Shown here: positions 38,100-50,757 of the stretch, in pieces | Layout: each line of letters starts with the position of its first letter | Numbering within the stretch: position 1 is the first letter of the stretch | DNA from: Raillietiella orientalis | Taxonomy: Eukaryota | DNA length: 64,000 bases | Assembly (NCBI GenBank): GCA_036172245.1 | Contig: JAYWIR010000001.1 | Span: 5,828,001 to 5,892,000 of the forward strand | Reading direction: 5' to 3' | Notes under the pieces: generated by a model | What the model was told of the DNA's origin: nothing | Seen by the model: the letters and a program-made list of their open reading frames with translations, nothing else | Databases searched by the model: none | Made by a program: the position numbers and the translations under genes

Positions 38100-39550
38100 G
38101 ATCCCCTTCTTACCTTGGAGCCACGGTTCCTGGGAGTCCCGAGTTGGCCGCGACGCGGCGCCTTCGCCTGCCCCGGAGGCGCAACTGCTTTGCTGAGGCT
38201 TCCTCCCTGGAAGAGGATCGTCCTAGGTCGCGACCCGCGGACGGGGTCAGAGGAGCAACGCCTCTGAGCACAAGACGGGTACCTGAGGACCGCGGTTGGT
38301 CTTCGAGTCCCCCAGAGGGCTCTAGGGGTGCTGAGAGGTGGAAGCGGGGGTTCAAAGGGCCGGGACCACTGGACCTCCCCCTTCCTGGCTAAAAGGGGCG
38401 TGGCGCTCGCGAGATCGGAAGGGCAGGCGGCCGCCGTCCTTCCCGGCCGCTTTGGGTTTCGCCTCTTGGAGCTAAAAAAGGGGGGAACCGGGAAGAGGAG
38501 GAGGGAACCACGCCTCAGCTACTCGTCCGAGCTTGCGGAAGTGACCGGTGAGGAGCGCGCGAGATGGCAGCTGCACGTACCGCTGGCAAGCTCGCCTGCT
38601 GCTTCTTCCTCCCGGGTTCGTACCTAGGGGCATGCTCCCACGAGTCAGAGTACGGGAGAAGGCGAGGCGAGAGGGCAGGTGCTCCGCGGACTCCCCATCA
38701 GGGAAGAACCTCCCCCCCCTGCGCAGCTACTTCTCGGAAACGAAGATGCTCTGAGGCCCTTTGCGAATTGTGGCATTCCTGGAACCAGCCTTCTGGCTGA
38801 GACGCCGCCCGCACTGTTCTGATGTCCAAAAGGCGGGGAGGAGGGGAAAGAGAACCCTCCTTCCGCTGCTCCCGACGGCGTCGCTCGGGGTTGGTGTCTG
38901 CTTACGTCAGCACGCGGTGGGGTCCGCGGTGTGATCTTGCGGCCTCTCGCTCGGGTGGCGGTGTAGACCGGGAAAGTGTCTCTCTCCGGGCCGGAGGAGG
39001 GAAGGGAAAGAGTCCCGCTTCTCTCGTCCCAAGATCCGGTTCCCGGATGGCAGGAAAGTGGAATCCAGGGACAAGGCAGGGGAAATTCTTCGGCAGGACT
39101 ACAAAAAGCTGCGCTGCGTCCGCCGGGATCACCGTCGTCTCTACGGGACCCTTCCGCACCTCGTCCGCGAGGCGGAGGGCAGGTCCGCCGCTTGCAGGAG
39201 CTCCAGTGGGGTGGGGGGATGGTGGGCGAGGAAAGGGCCACTGGGTGAGGCCACTGCAGCGATGCTTGGAATTTCCGGCGGCTTGCCGAAGGGCACCAGA
39301 GGGAGAATCCGGGGTGCGCATCGTGCCGCAACCAGTCGGGTCGGGAGTCCACGTCTCCTCCGTGTCGGATAGGTCGGTGAGGCTGCTGCTTCCCCGTCGG
39401 CCTTCGACACTCCGTCTGAGCTCTCTCGCGCCCGTTTGCTCTCCGGGATGCGCACGCACTCCCATCGGGCTTCCGGAAAACGGTGCTTCAGCATTTCTCG
39501 GCGACCACCCTTTCCCGGTCCTCCCCAAACGTCTTCGACTTTGACTCGCT
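38100..39550 (-). mobile_element. Two tandem decayed gag/ORF1-like remnants (~38900-39550 and ~38100-38750)
   Basis: PTGCGTM / GKPPEIPSIAAV / LQAADLP..RTRCGRV in the first and ALLTGHFRKLGRVAE in the second. Frameshifted. Confidence 0.3.
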
Positions 39551-39799
39551 ACGGCTTTGGCAGACTTGGAATCGCATCTTGGTGCTGATGAATTCCTTCT
39601 TCCGTGGCGAGGCGCGACACGATTCGGCGAAGAGAGCAGGTCATTTGAATTGCTGCTTCGATGAAATTCGAAGAGATGGCGTTTGGCGGGGTTCAGTTTC
39701 GCTGATTTTCAGTTTCGCCTTTGCGTTTTTCTTTCTTTCTTTCTTTCTCTCTCTCTCTCTCTCTCTCTCTCCCTGTTGAGTCATCACCAGTTACCGGGG

Positions 39800-40380
39800 T
39801 GGCAGTTGGAACGGTGGGCAGCTGATTGTTTGCACCGGATGAGCTTTCTCCTTCCTCGAATCTCGACGAGATTCTCATGAAGCAACTTACCGTTGGAGAT
39901 GGCTGACATGGAATGTCTGCTGTCGACGCTATACATACGATTCGCAAACTGGGTTTGCACCAAACTCCACTCAGGATTGCCCTTCGAGTTTCGTTTCGTG
40001 GGCGCCGCTCCGAGATCGCGCATTCTTGGCCATGAACAAGAACACAAATAGTTTCACTGCTTGTCTTTCCAGCAGACATTCCCCGTCAATGAGCTTAGAC
40101 TCTTTCTCTTTAGCGTTAAAGAGTTCTTCTCTCCTTCTTTGACACTTTCATCTTTTATGGCATCATCGTTACGAATCTTAACGCCGTCGAGTTATAGATT
40201 GGAACTGCTGCAAGAACTCCACCGTTCGCTGGGTCTTCCTCGAGCTCAGGTCGTGAGATTGCTTTTCTTATTGCAGTCTCTCTCCCCTTCCCCTCCCCCC
40301 AGGGTGTGCTCAACTCAAATGAGTAACTCTGCCACAGAACCAAACTGTCCTCGGTGCATGGTGTTGCGTTTTGAAGAAGG
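39800..40380 (-). pseudogene. Possible decayed tandem immunoglobulin I-set domain relic
   Basis: Minus frames: GSVAELLI*VE, ARGRP, LDGVKIRNDDAIKDESVKEGEKNSLTLKRKSL..TGNVC, SAGKTSSETICVLV, then LRIVCIAS...QPSPTVSCF. These follow I-set strand order but contain stops and frameshifts. Confidence 0.3.
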
Positions 40381-40910
40381 AAGAAAACAAAAAAAGGTGA
40401 CAGCACTGCTGCATTCCCCTTCCCCCCTTTCAAGATTAAAAAATAACAACAAAAATTGGGGAAAAAAAAAGAAGAAAGGAAACAGGAAATGCCTTTGCAG
40501 GCGAACTTTTATCGTTTATTCCGAGGCTCTCCACTCTTGCTAGGAGTCCGCAGCGTGGATCGTAATGCAGAGTACCAAGCGCTCGTGGCAATCGCAGATA
40601 CGTCGTCAACGAACGGATATCGCGGTATTTTTGTTACGCTCAAAAGTGTTTCGTTTTCTCTTGGAGTTTCACACGCAGTGCAATTCCATGGAGCATAATT
40701 TCATTTTACTAATGTTTTGCGATGTCTGTTTGATTCAACCGTATAATTTACAAGCACGAATGACACACCTGGCGGAATGCTGATCACTGATTTAATGAAA
40801 AGGCCAGAGGGCGACGCCTGGCAACAATGACACTCCGCTTGGCATGCAGGCCACGACGAGAAAACGGGAGTAGCCATGGCAACTGCCTTCCGATTCGCAC
40901 CGCGGGTTAA

Positions 40911-41686
40911 CCCTCTATAGGCTGGTATGACTTTGAAGTCACATACTACATTCTGATCGGTAAATTCAATTTTTTACCGCAAGGGGGCATACACATCTCG
41001 TAGTATAGCGTCTCCTTGGTAACCAGTAACAGTCTCGGCAACGGATATCCACTCGAACCCGAGATATCGAGGTAAACGCTTTTGCAAGTTGTCTATGGAT
41101 GAAAGTTGCAAGAGCCATCCTGTGCAGTTGCCATCGTTTTTTGTTCTGTCGGTGTTTTGATAAACAAGAAAAAGCCTACGCAATAGCTCTTGGTCTGTAC
41201 ATCAGTAATCTCTTATTTGTTTGCATTTGAACAGTCATTTTGTTGTTATTTTCACATGATACAGCTCTGTGACTTTCAAATCACAATGAGCTGTAATGTA
41301 CATAGGATTCGCTGTACCAACTGCCGTGGATGAACAATTGGAAGAAGAGAAGAAAAGGGGGGCGAGTGCAACACTTCCAGTCGAAAACGTGCAGAAAGAT
41401 GAAATAGCTCAAACTTTTCGGATGAGAGGGGACTCTGCGAAAAGCCGGGATGCAAAGGGATTCCAGAAATGAAATGTTCGAAATGCAACGTGTACATCCA
41501 GTTCAACGCCAAGTAAAAACTGTTTTACGGAATTCCATGCTTGAGCTTTTCTTACACGCCCTTGTAATCCCAGAGTTACAAAGCACATTCGTTATAGTAA
41601 AATCACGTAAAACTACTGGATTCATTATTAATTTCACGTTACATAAACTATTTTATAGCCGCAAAAAAAACTGGGACTATAGAGGG
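40911..41686 (+). mobile_element. Internally deleted piggyBac DNA transposon (776 bp) retaining the transposase C-terminal Cys-rich domain
   Basis: TTAA at 40907-40910 and 41687-41690. Perfect 10-bp TIRs CCCTCTATAG/CTATAGAGGG. 41427-41544 encodes RGLCEKPGCKGIPEMKCSKCNVYIQFNAK / KNCFTEFHA*, preceded by LPVENVQKDEIA, as in piggyBac/PGBD C-termini. Confidence 0.9.
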
Positions 41687-41899
41687 TTAAGATCATGGAG
41701 GATGCATGCGTGTCGTAGCAAAGCGCCTCCTTCAATTTTCCCACACCGCAGCTCGCATAACGCTCCGTAAGAGTTTCGTAATATCTCAGCAAGAGTGGTA
41801 GTAAGAGTAGTGGTAGTGATGAACTTTGGGACGTCCTTTCAGTCGCCCCACGTTACTTCGTGGCTCCTCCACTCTCTCGCCGCTAGCATTGTGAAGTTC

Positions 41900-42300
41900 G
41901 CATGTGACCAACACTGTTGGCACAGCTTCCGTCCTATCTTTCCTCGGCGAGGATAATCTGCTCCCTCTACTGCCACGACCGCCTACATGTCTCTCTGTTC
42001 CTGCTCCTGTCCTAAGTTGTTTGGTCCGAAGATTCCATGGCACTCAGAACGAGCTGCATACCCCAGGTGACCTTGGAGGGAAACGCGCGCTATGCCTCAT
42101 TCGATGCGTCCTCTTTGCTTCCCTGATAAGAAATGATCCCGTCCATAGCCGGCATCGCAAGATAGGGGAATGGTGAACAGACGGCGAATTTCCCTAGGAT
42201 GCAAGGATTAGGACATGAGAGAGAAAAGCAAAGCTTTCCACGCCATGCCCAACTTTCTCTCGGATCGGACGCTTCCGTTGCGCACTCTCGGCTCCCCGCG
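41900..42300 (+). mobile_element. Possible decayed gag/ORF1-like remnant
   Basis: MIPSIAGIAR*GNGEQTANFPRMQGLGHERE resembles IPS...G.......GH.R. Weak. Confidence 0.25.
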
Positions 42301-42874
42301 TCAAATCGTCGAGTTTCTGAGCTCGCATCGGAAGGTGGCAGCACGTCCCTAAAACACGCACAAAAATAGGCTCGAGTACACCATGAACCAATGAGAGATA
42401 ACTGACTAACACCTCTATCCCTAATCCCAACCCCATAAAGTCTGCCTCAGTGTGCCTCCTCCAGCTGCCTCAATGTAGGATAAGCAATTACCCTTTCCCC
42501 ATAAACTTGCATAAATCCTGCATACATCATCGTTACTATACGAATTTACGCACCTTAATACGACCCGATATTCCAACACCGTCGAACCGGATAATCAGAT
42601 AAACCACCAAAGTAAATAAAGTGCTGAGACTTGCGTAGGTGTTTCGATAGCTAATCGTTCCAGTATATGACACTGCTCCCCCGTTTTCCGTACATCCCTC
42701 ATCCACCGACTCCCCCACCTCACCAACCGCATCGCTATATCCCTTAACGTTAAGCAGCACATGATCTTCGAATTCATCACCACATCCTAACCTTTCAGAA
42801 TCATCATCATCTTCATCAATGTTCAACGAGCAACCATGCTCATATCCACCGCATGCTTTTCTATAAGCTCTCGA

Positions 42875-43026
42875 AATGCGAACCTCTCGACATGTAAACC
42901 TTTCAACAATGTAAACCTTTCAACAATGTAAACCTTTCAACGGTGTAAACCTCTTAACAATGTAAGCCTTTCAACGATGTAAACCTCTTAACAATGTAAA
43001 CCTTTCAACAATGCAAACCTCTCAAC
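42875..43026. repeat. 17-bp minisatellite (ATGTAAACCTTTCAACA), ~8-9 imperfect copies
   Basis: Head-to-tail units read directly, with no spacers. Confidence 0.9.
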
Positions 43027-43199
43027 CTCCTTTACAACACCGCACCCTCCTTACAGTTATCAAAAAATTCAACATAACCATTGGAGCACAATACGCCAGC
43101 CTACAGCCCTCTCTAGTACGCCTTTACCGCTGCCCATCACCAATCATTCCAGCACCTGATGCCCATAAACAACCCCGAAGCTCACTCTGACTGGCACCC

Positions 43200-44000
43200 C
43201 GCTCTCCAAACACGAGGGCTCGCCTTGCCCTGGCGACACTCCATACCTCTGTCGCCTTGCTTGGGATGCTTTGATGCTGAAGGTCGCGGGCGGGAGCTGC
43301 CAGGCTACCTCCGAAGGCGGCTCGTTTCGCGAGCCGGCTCGACGACTGCAGCTCACCTCCTCTCAGTGGATTCTCCTCAAACCGCTACCATCCACGGGAA
43401 CCCTGAGCCTCGCGGAGCACGTTTGGGGAAGGGAGGAAGGGAAGTCTGGCATGACTACGCTGCTTGAGATCAGGTCGACGCTGAGCAGGTGGCCCTCTGC
43501 GCTACCACGCGTCTCTTCGGCGCGTGGAGTCGCCCTCCCGAGACGGCACCGAAACCGCACCGAGGTAAGAAAAGCAGAGCCGTCTCTGGTTGGCGTGGCT
43601 ACCGTGACGTGGCCGATCGACCCACCGCTGCCCTCTGGACTGGAGACGCAGAGGCGAACCGGATGACGTGCTTGCAGGCACTTGAGCTGCTAGAGGTCGC
43701 AGTGCTCGTTTTAGCCGCTTCCACGCCGCCAGGGGCGGGCCCGTGGATAGAGAGACCCGTCCATGTTCTGGCGTCGGGACGCAACGACGCTCCGGAGAGA
43801 GGACCTCCATCTCCGGACACCCTCCTCACAGAAAAATTACTCTTCCTTGCTGGAGTATGTACTCCAGGAAATCCCGAAAATCTGCTGCTTCCGCTGTGGG
43901 TTTTCTGTCGGAACGACGGAGAAGAATTCAGATCGCATGTGCAGCAGCACCAGCACTAGCAGCAGAACCGCGCAGGAAGAACAGAGAAGCATGCCGAAAC
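43200..44000 (+). mobile_element. Divergent decayed L1/Tx1-like post-RT ORF2 fragment
   Basis: HVWGREEGKSG...LPRVSSARGVALP resembles F.W.G....V.R..L.LP...GGLGLP, followed by SRLWLAWL. Confidence 0.35.
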
Positions 44001-47000
44001 TATGAGGGAGATTTTCGGAATAGAGGATCAAGAATACCACTTCCCGGTGGCGCGCTCATTGACTGCTGCTGTCGTCCTAGAACGCTCCGATAATCACACA
44101 AGTGACCATGACGCGGGAAATCGCCACTTTTGAGCTGGAACACGCCGTTGATTGCTGCCGCTTTCTATTTCCTGGGAACCCCGGCTTCCCGCAACCTTTG
44201 GATCTCTGTGATACATCGGGTCTACTACACTGTTATGTAATAGCCCTCCGTTCTTTTTCCCGTGTCCGTTGCACGTTTCGCTAGCTCCTCGAAATCTCGC
44301 CCGAAATCTTGCATACTCCTACTTCGTTCGCTCCCGTACCTTGAGGCTTGCTTCCTTGCCAGTTGCCAAACAGTTGTTTATTATGATTATTTTTATTTCC
44401 GCCTAGATGATTAATAACCAGTATTAATTCATTAAGAATTATTTCATTGCCAGCGAAATGTTATTTAGTTTTGGAGTGATTCTATTCTAGTTTGCTTTTC
44501 TTAGAGCTGGATGAATAACGTTTATCTTAGTAACAAAACAAAAATATGAAAGCTTAATGATTCATTAGCAATGGTACTCTCGAAAAAAAATTCAGGGAGG
44601 CTTTTTTCTTCATAAAAAAAAAAGCTGCTCAATAATTTACCTACAAAAAATGTGCACATGAAAGCTAAGGTAATCCAAACATGAATTAAAATCCAAGAGA
44701 ATGTTAATAATTCGGAATTATAAATTATTGAAAGATGGATTTTTTGTAAAAAAAAAAAAATGAAAAACAAAAAACAAAAAGAAAAAAAGAAAAAAAGAGG
44801 AAGAAAAAACAAAAAGAAAAATGCATTGCATTAATTGGATCAACTACATGTAAAACAAGTCTTCCATTAAGCCTACAAACCCAAGTTTGGGAGTTTCACA
44901 AAGGTTCTCTGGTTCCGGTTTCGGCTGAAACGGCGCGTTTCTTGTTGCTACGCTGGCATCTCGAAAGATTTAGCTCAAATAAAGGCAAGTTTTTATTCAA
45001 GCGGGTGAATGGGAATTTTCAGCACTTTGCAGTTTCAGTAATTCATCCAGAAAAGTCGTGCTCAATTTTGCATCCGAGTTATTATATTCATGAGTACTCC
45101 TTTTGAGTGATAATGCTCTCATCTGCGGATTCTATGGACTGAGATTTTCTGTAAGACTGTTTTCAATTGATAATTCTCAGAGAATGAATGCCAAGAATTA
45201 TTTCGGGAAAAATATAACTGAATTGTTTTTGCTAGATTATTGATTAACAAACCTTCTTATTTGCACAGCATGTCTGACGGCTTGAGCTATTTCCCATTTC
45301 CGATTTCTTTAAGAGAAAAGGTAAGGTTTTCAAAGTTAAAAGATGTGCCACATCAAAAGTAGCATAAGTTTAAGATAAACTTATACTCTACGTTTCATTT
45401 GCAAAAAAAGAGAAAGAGTTTTAAAAAAGAGCGGACCCCCATTACGTTAAGAATAAAATAATGCCGAGCAAATTCAGTGGGTCATTATCCACTTAGATTA
45501 AATAATTTTAAATTACGGCAGATAAAAATTACAAATGCATATGATGATTATTTTCTTTTTACAATTTATACAAAAGCGCCTTTCAGAATGCCAAAATCGT
45601 TTTCACCATCATTTAGGTCGTCTTGGAAGAAAAAAAAAAAAAAAAAAAAAGACGCCTTCGTTTCATAAACGCTTTTTCTGAAACACTCCAAACAGTTCCG
45701 GAACGTTTCGGACGATGTCCTTTGCAAACGGGTCAATAGTTTGGAAAGATTTTCGAAATGGAAAATTTGCTGATGATTAGGCGTCTTCAAATTTATTTCC
45801 GAGCCTAACGATCAACATCGAGATTTATTTACAATGCATTGAAATTTTCCAACGTGTGTAAAAAACCAATCTTTCTTTTTTTTTTTTTTTTTTTTCTTTG
45901 CAATTATGCATCATAAATTCCGATAATGCAAGTACAATAAACGCATTTCATAAGTAAATAGGAAAATGGAAAGTGCCATAGGAACTGAAAGTAGCATCTC
46001 CATACACAGCGTCGTTGAGAACTGGAAAAGAAGCACAGAGGTGGGCTTTAAATCCTCGCGAACGTTGTCCCATCTGGTTGGGAGGCTGTCCTGGAGAGGA
46101 AGGAGACGGAAGCTGGGTGTCACAGTTTGGAGCATCAGTAGACAAAAAAACAAAAAAAAAAAAAAACAATTCTTTTGTTTCTTTGCTTTAAGCAAAGAAA
46201 CAAAAGAATTTTCAGACCATCTGATTGCCCTCGTATGTTTGTTATTCAAGAGATGGATAAGAATATCTAAGCAATTGCCTTGAATTATTCCGAGGGAAAA
46301 AAAAAAAAAAAAAAGAAAAATTTTCCTGTCACCAACAAGATATCGTTGCATTTTATTGACAGAGCAAACGAGTAAACTAGGAATTAGCCTGTGGTAACCT
46401 ATCCGTTTGCTAGTAATTCAAACAGGGAAAAGTCGCCCCCAAGGTTCCCCCAGTTTTAGATTACTGTAAAATGGGCTGCCACATGACGGAAATTTCCTTT
46501 TTCCTTCAGAATCTTTTGAATCAGTGAGAGTCCTTAAAAAGGAAAAATCAAGGAATGTTTACTACTTGGAAGAAAAAATTTACGTGCAGACACATGATCC
46601 GGTTTTGTAATAAATTTCGAATGTAGTAAATTCACACAAGAAGGCCATCGAACACGATCGGTGCTTAGGCTTCTTGCAAGAGCACTTAAGCACCGCAAGA
46701 GAAGAGGAAAAAACATACACACACACCTGGAAGGAAGGGGGAGGGGATAAAACGTTGAAGAGCTATTCACAAACAGAAATCTGGACATCAGGCTATCGAA
46801 GAGAATGAGAGAAAGTTGCCACAGCAAAAAAAAAAAATTATCACCAAATCAAGGGAATTTATTGTCATTTGTGAAGAAGGAAACGACCGAGAAATTATAA
46901 ACAACGGTAACCACAGGCTAGAGTGCACATGTTATCGCCACAGAAGGGGGGAAAAAAAGGGGAGGGGGGGGGATTCAAAACCTTGAAAGACATCACTTCT

Positions 47001-50000
47001 TGTGTCAAAGTTTGTTTAGAGAGCACATTGTGGCCAAGCATAAACCACTTGCCCGAGGTCTACCGTGGATAACGAGCCGCAAAACTTTGAGAAACTTGAG
47101 CCGCACTCGTTTTAAATTAAAAGCAGGCGAAGCGATTTTCTGACTTTTCTGGATATAATCTCCATCTAAAGCCTGGAAATCGAAGGACTGGGATCCGAGT
47201 CGAAAGAGCGGAAGAAGTAAAACAAAAATTGTTTCCTGCTAAAGGAATTTCCGGTGGCATTTCAGCTAAAAACGATTCACTCTTTCTGTCAGAATTTCTC
47301 GAAAGGAAAAAGCAGCCACCTAAGTATTGCTGCCGGAGGCGAGAAGGCAAAGTACGGAACAAAGATTTCGAATTTCACATTCGAAACGCAAATTCAGAAT
47401 GTGTAGTTTGAAGGACGGCTTCAAATGCGTTCGAAAAACACGCAATGCCGTTAGTAATCTCTGAGTTGAAACGGGAACTGGAATAACTGATTGATCACCA
47501 CATGTGAGTTTTCCAAGCTCCAGTTTCCCAAGCTCTCACCAAACATACACAATAACTTATCGTTGTAATTGTTCTTTTAGTGAAAGTTCGCAGATCGAAT
47601 TCGCAGATCTTAATTTGGAAGTCATAAGAGTGGAAACGGTGCTTCTTGAGGCCCCTAAGATTACAAAGGTAGATATGAATTCTTCATGATTCTCCAGGCT
47701 GGCTTCCCTCAGTGCGTCAAACGCAGGAGTTGATGTAATTAAGTTGCAATTTAGTTTTGATTTTGTTCCTCATTCTCATTTTTATTTGTGAGAACTATCC
47801 AAGCAGAGCGGCAGTTCTCATTATAATCTACAGGTTGCAGAGGTTGCAAAAAAAAACAAAAAAAAACTCCTTAAGATTCAAGCACCAAAGCAATTGCAGG
47901 ATTATCTGCGAGAACATTAACAAACGAGAGCGAAGAAAACACTTTGGACACGCTTGATTCAAGCAACACCGAATCGGATGCAATCGAAACCTGACCGTTC
48001 GTGGTGGAATCCGAGTGATATAATTCAGAGCCAAATTTTAATCTTGGATCCACCGTGGACAAGCTGTTCTAACGTCAGATGCAGGAATTTTCTTGCCAAA
48101 ACTGGGCTTTGAAAAGTTACACGAGCCTTCGTTTTTGTTTTTCACGTCGATTCGTCGGGTTTCAGAGGTACTTGTTCGGAGCTGCCTTTTTTTTTTTTTT
48201 TTTTTTTGGCCACGCTTTCAACTTGTCTTTGTGCCTAACAAATGAGTATTGTGGGACCTTTCTGCTCGTAAATCGCAGAAGTGGCAGCAATTTTCGATCA
48301 AATACAACTGAAACGGATGTTCATCGAAGATTTCAGCTGTGGCTCCCGGACAGCTTTTCAGAGGTACGCGGTTTCTCCCTTGGCCACTCTGTGATAGCAT
48401 CCTTGTGTGCAAATATTGCATTACCATGAACCAGTTTTCGTCAGCACCCAAAGTGGATTTCATCTCAAATGAAACTTCTGAACGGTCATTTTATTCCACT
48501 TAGCTGTTGCTAATGGAAAAAACTATTAATGCAGTGATGAAGGCAATCACGCTTTGTGGATCATGAACAACGTGGCTGTGTAGTTGATCATGTGCAATTG
48601 CCAATTCGGTGAACCAAGCTAAGTTTGGGCTCTACTGCTGCCCACCCCATGGTAACTCAGGAAGCACTTATCACTCAGAATATTTATCCCACAGTAAAAC
48701 GTGAAATTTACTGAAGAGGGTTCAGAACTCTGATTCTCAGACGGTAGAAACATGGCGTACAACTTCGAGGGCTATCAGTCAGGGAGGAGCTTGTGCACTT
48801 GACTGGGTCTTAAATTGCAGAACTGAGTGCTATTCACACTCGCACAAAGTGACAAAATATCCTAAAGAATTCACGGATGCACCTACTGATGAGAAATCTA
48901 CTACATGGTTCTGAAGATGATTGGTCTTAAGCAACTCTTCTGGGATCCGATGCGATAACGACTTCAGATCGAGGTTCCTGGATCATAACAAAAATACAAA
49001 CTCCTAACAGATCCCAAAAATCACCGGAAGCGTTTTGAGCATCAAATGAAAAGGCGCGGCAACGTATGGTTTTCTGATGCTTATGTGTTTCGTTGCGTCA
49101 TCTGCATCCAAGAGCTGAGTACGCTGAGCACGCGTGAACTTCAGCAGTATTATTCCAACAGTTTAAATCATTGAATAATTATCTGATCAAGCTATAGTGA
49201 ACATTTTTCAAGCTTTGATTTAATCTGTGGATCAAGATTGCTTGTCTTCAAGTCAAAATGAGGAGAAACGCTTTCTGATGCGATGCTTATGGCATCATAC
49301 ATACCAGTGACAACGCTGGGCATTGCTGGAATGAGGTGAAGTGGTCAGCACGAGGATGAGCTTGGAGGATGATCTAGCCAGGTGTTCGTGTTTTCGCTCC
49401 TTTGTTTTCAAAGACTTGCAATCAAAGCAAAGACTTGTCGCGAGTTTCGACGAGGTCGATAAAGGCAATCTGGAAAGGTTGCCCGATCTCTCAACCAAGT
49501 TCCGAGATGAGGAGTGTTCGGGCTGGGGAGTTGGAATCGTCTTCCGGAAATCGCGAAAAGTCGTGATGAAAGTTTATAACTGAAACTTATCGATCGATCA
49601 TCGGTTAAAAGCGAAGAGAGGAGTATAGGTGTTCAGTTTACTTAAGGAAGTGTACTCATTATTCAAGGATTGTTCCCGTGTAAATCAGGGCGTGGATTTC
49701 CGTGAACTCTAATTCTCAATAACAATTTGAAGATATGCTCTAGCACTATTCTTCAACAGGTTGCCCTATGAATAAGTCGCTAAGTAAAGTTTCCCGTTCC
49801 ATTCTCGAGGGATATTTTCGAAAAGCTAGTTGAAAAAATAAAGCTATGAGGATTAAGAGTGTGATGTGTCTTCCGTGTGATGAACTAAATGCAAGTGAGG
49901 GTAGGTCAACCCAGCTCTTGATCACCTCACACAGGTTCGGAGGCTAGACTTTGAAGCTTCAAAGAGCTTGGCACTCACTGGCTGATAAAAATTCGTTTTT

Positions 50001-50723
50001 TATCGTTTCAGTGAGAATAGATTTCAGACGTTACTGCTGTAATGTTGTTTGGTGCATCTGCAATAAATAAATCTCCACCCTAAAATTTTAAACTAGTATC
50101 CATTAGTAAGTTTTTTCGAATCTCACAATTAACAATTTTTTTCACCATATCCGATTGGCACAGATTTCCTTGTTGCCACATATGTTCGGAGAAATCAGCA
50201 GAAACAGAATCGTTTGCATTGCCATGCATAAGTGAGGTTTATAAGCAGTTTTCCGAAGCAGATTTTCTGGAAAAAAAATAACGGAATGTTACTAACAGCA
50301 TTCGCTAAATAAAGCAAAAAGTTAATTGTGAAAATCCATTATTTAGTAAGATCCTACACAGGGGAATGATTCACAGTTCAAAAAATGAGACACCAAACGG
50401 AAGTCCAGGCACGAGAAGAAGTTGAGTGAGAAGTTGAGTTCTTTCTTGAGAAAAACTCTGCTGGAAATTCCTTCATCAACACAGCTCCTTAATTCGCAGC
50501 CAGATCGAATTCATTCATCCAATCGGTGGATCGCCTTAATCCTTTACTCTATGAATAAACATGAATGAGAAAGTACTCAAGGCAAATGGAATATTTCGAT
50601 CAAAGTTTGAGTCTTGAAAGTTTCATGAGCATGGAGAATACCAGAACGATGTTTCTTTGATTCTACCATTTCATAGGTTTCGTTTATGTAAATACCGGAA
50701 TCATTTGACTGCAAAGAAGACGT

Positions 50724-50757
50724 ATGCAAGACCTTCGTGCAGACGAAGGTCTTGCAT
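50724..50757. other. Perfect 15-bp inverted repeat with 4-nt loop
   Basis: ATGCAAGACCTTCGT-GCAG-ACGAAGGTCTTGCAT read directly. Confidence 0.9.

Noticed and set aside
42875..43026. Regular short repeats as a possible CRISPR array
   Set aside because: Units are contiguous with no unique spacers, there are no cas genes, and the context is eukaryotic.
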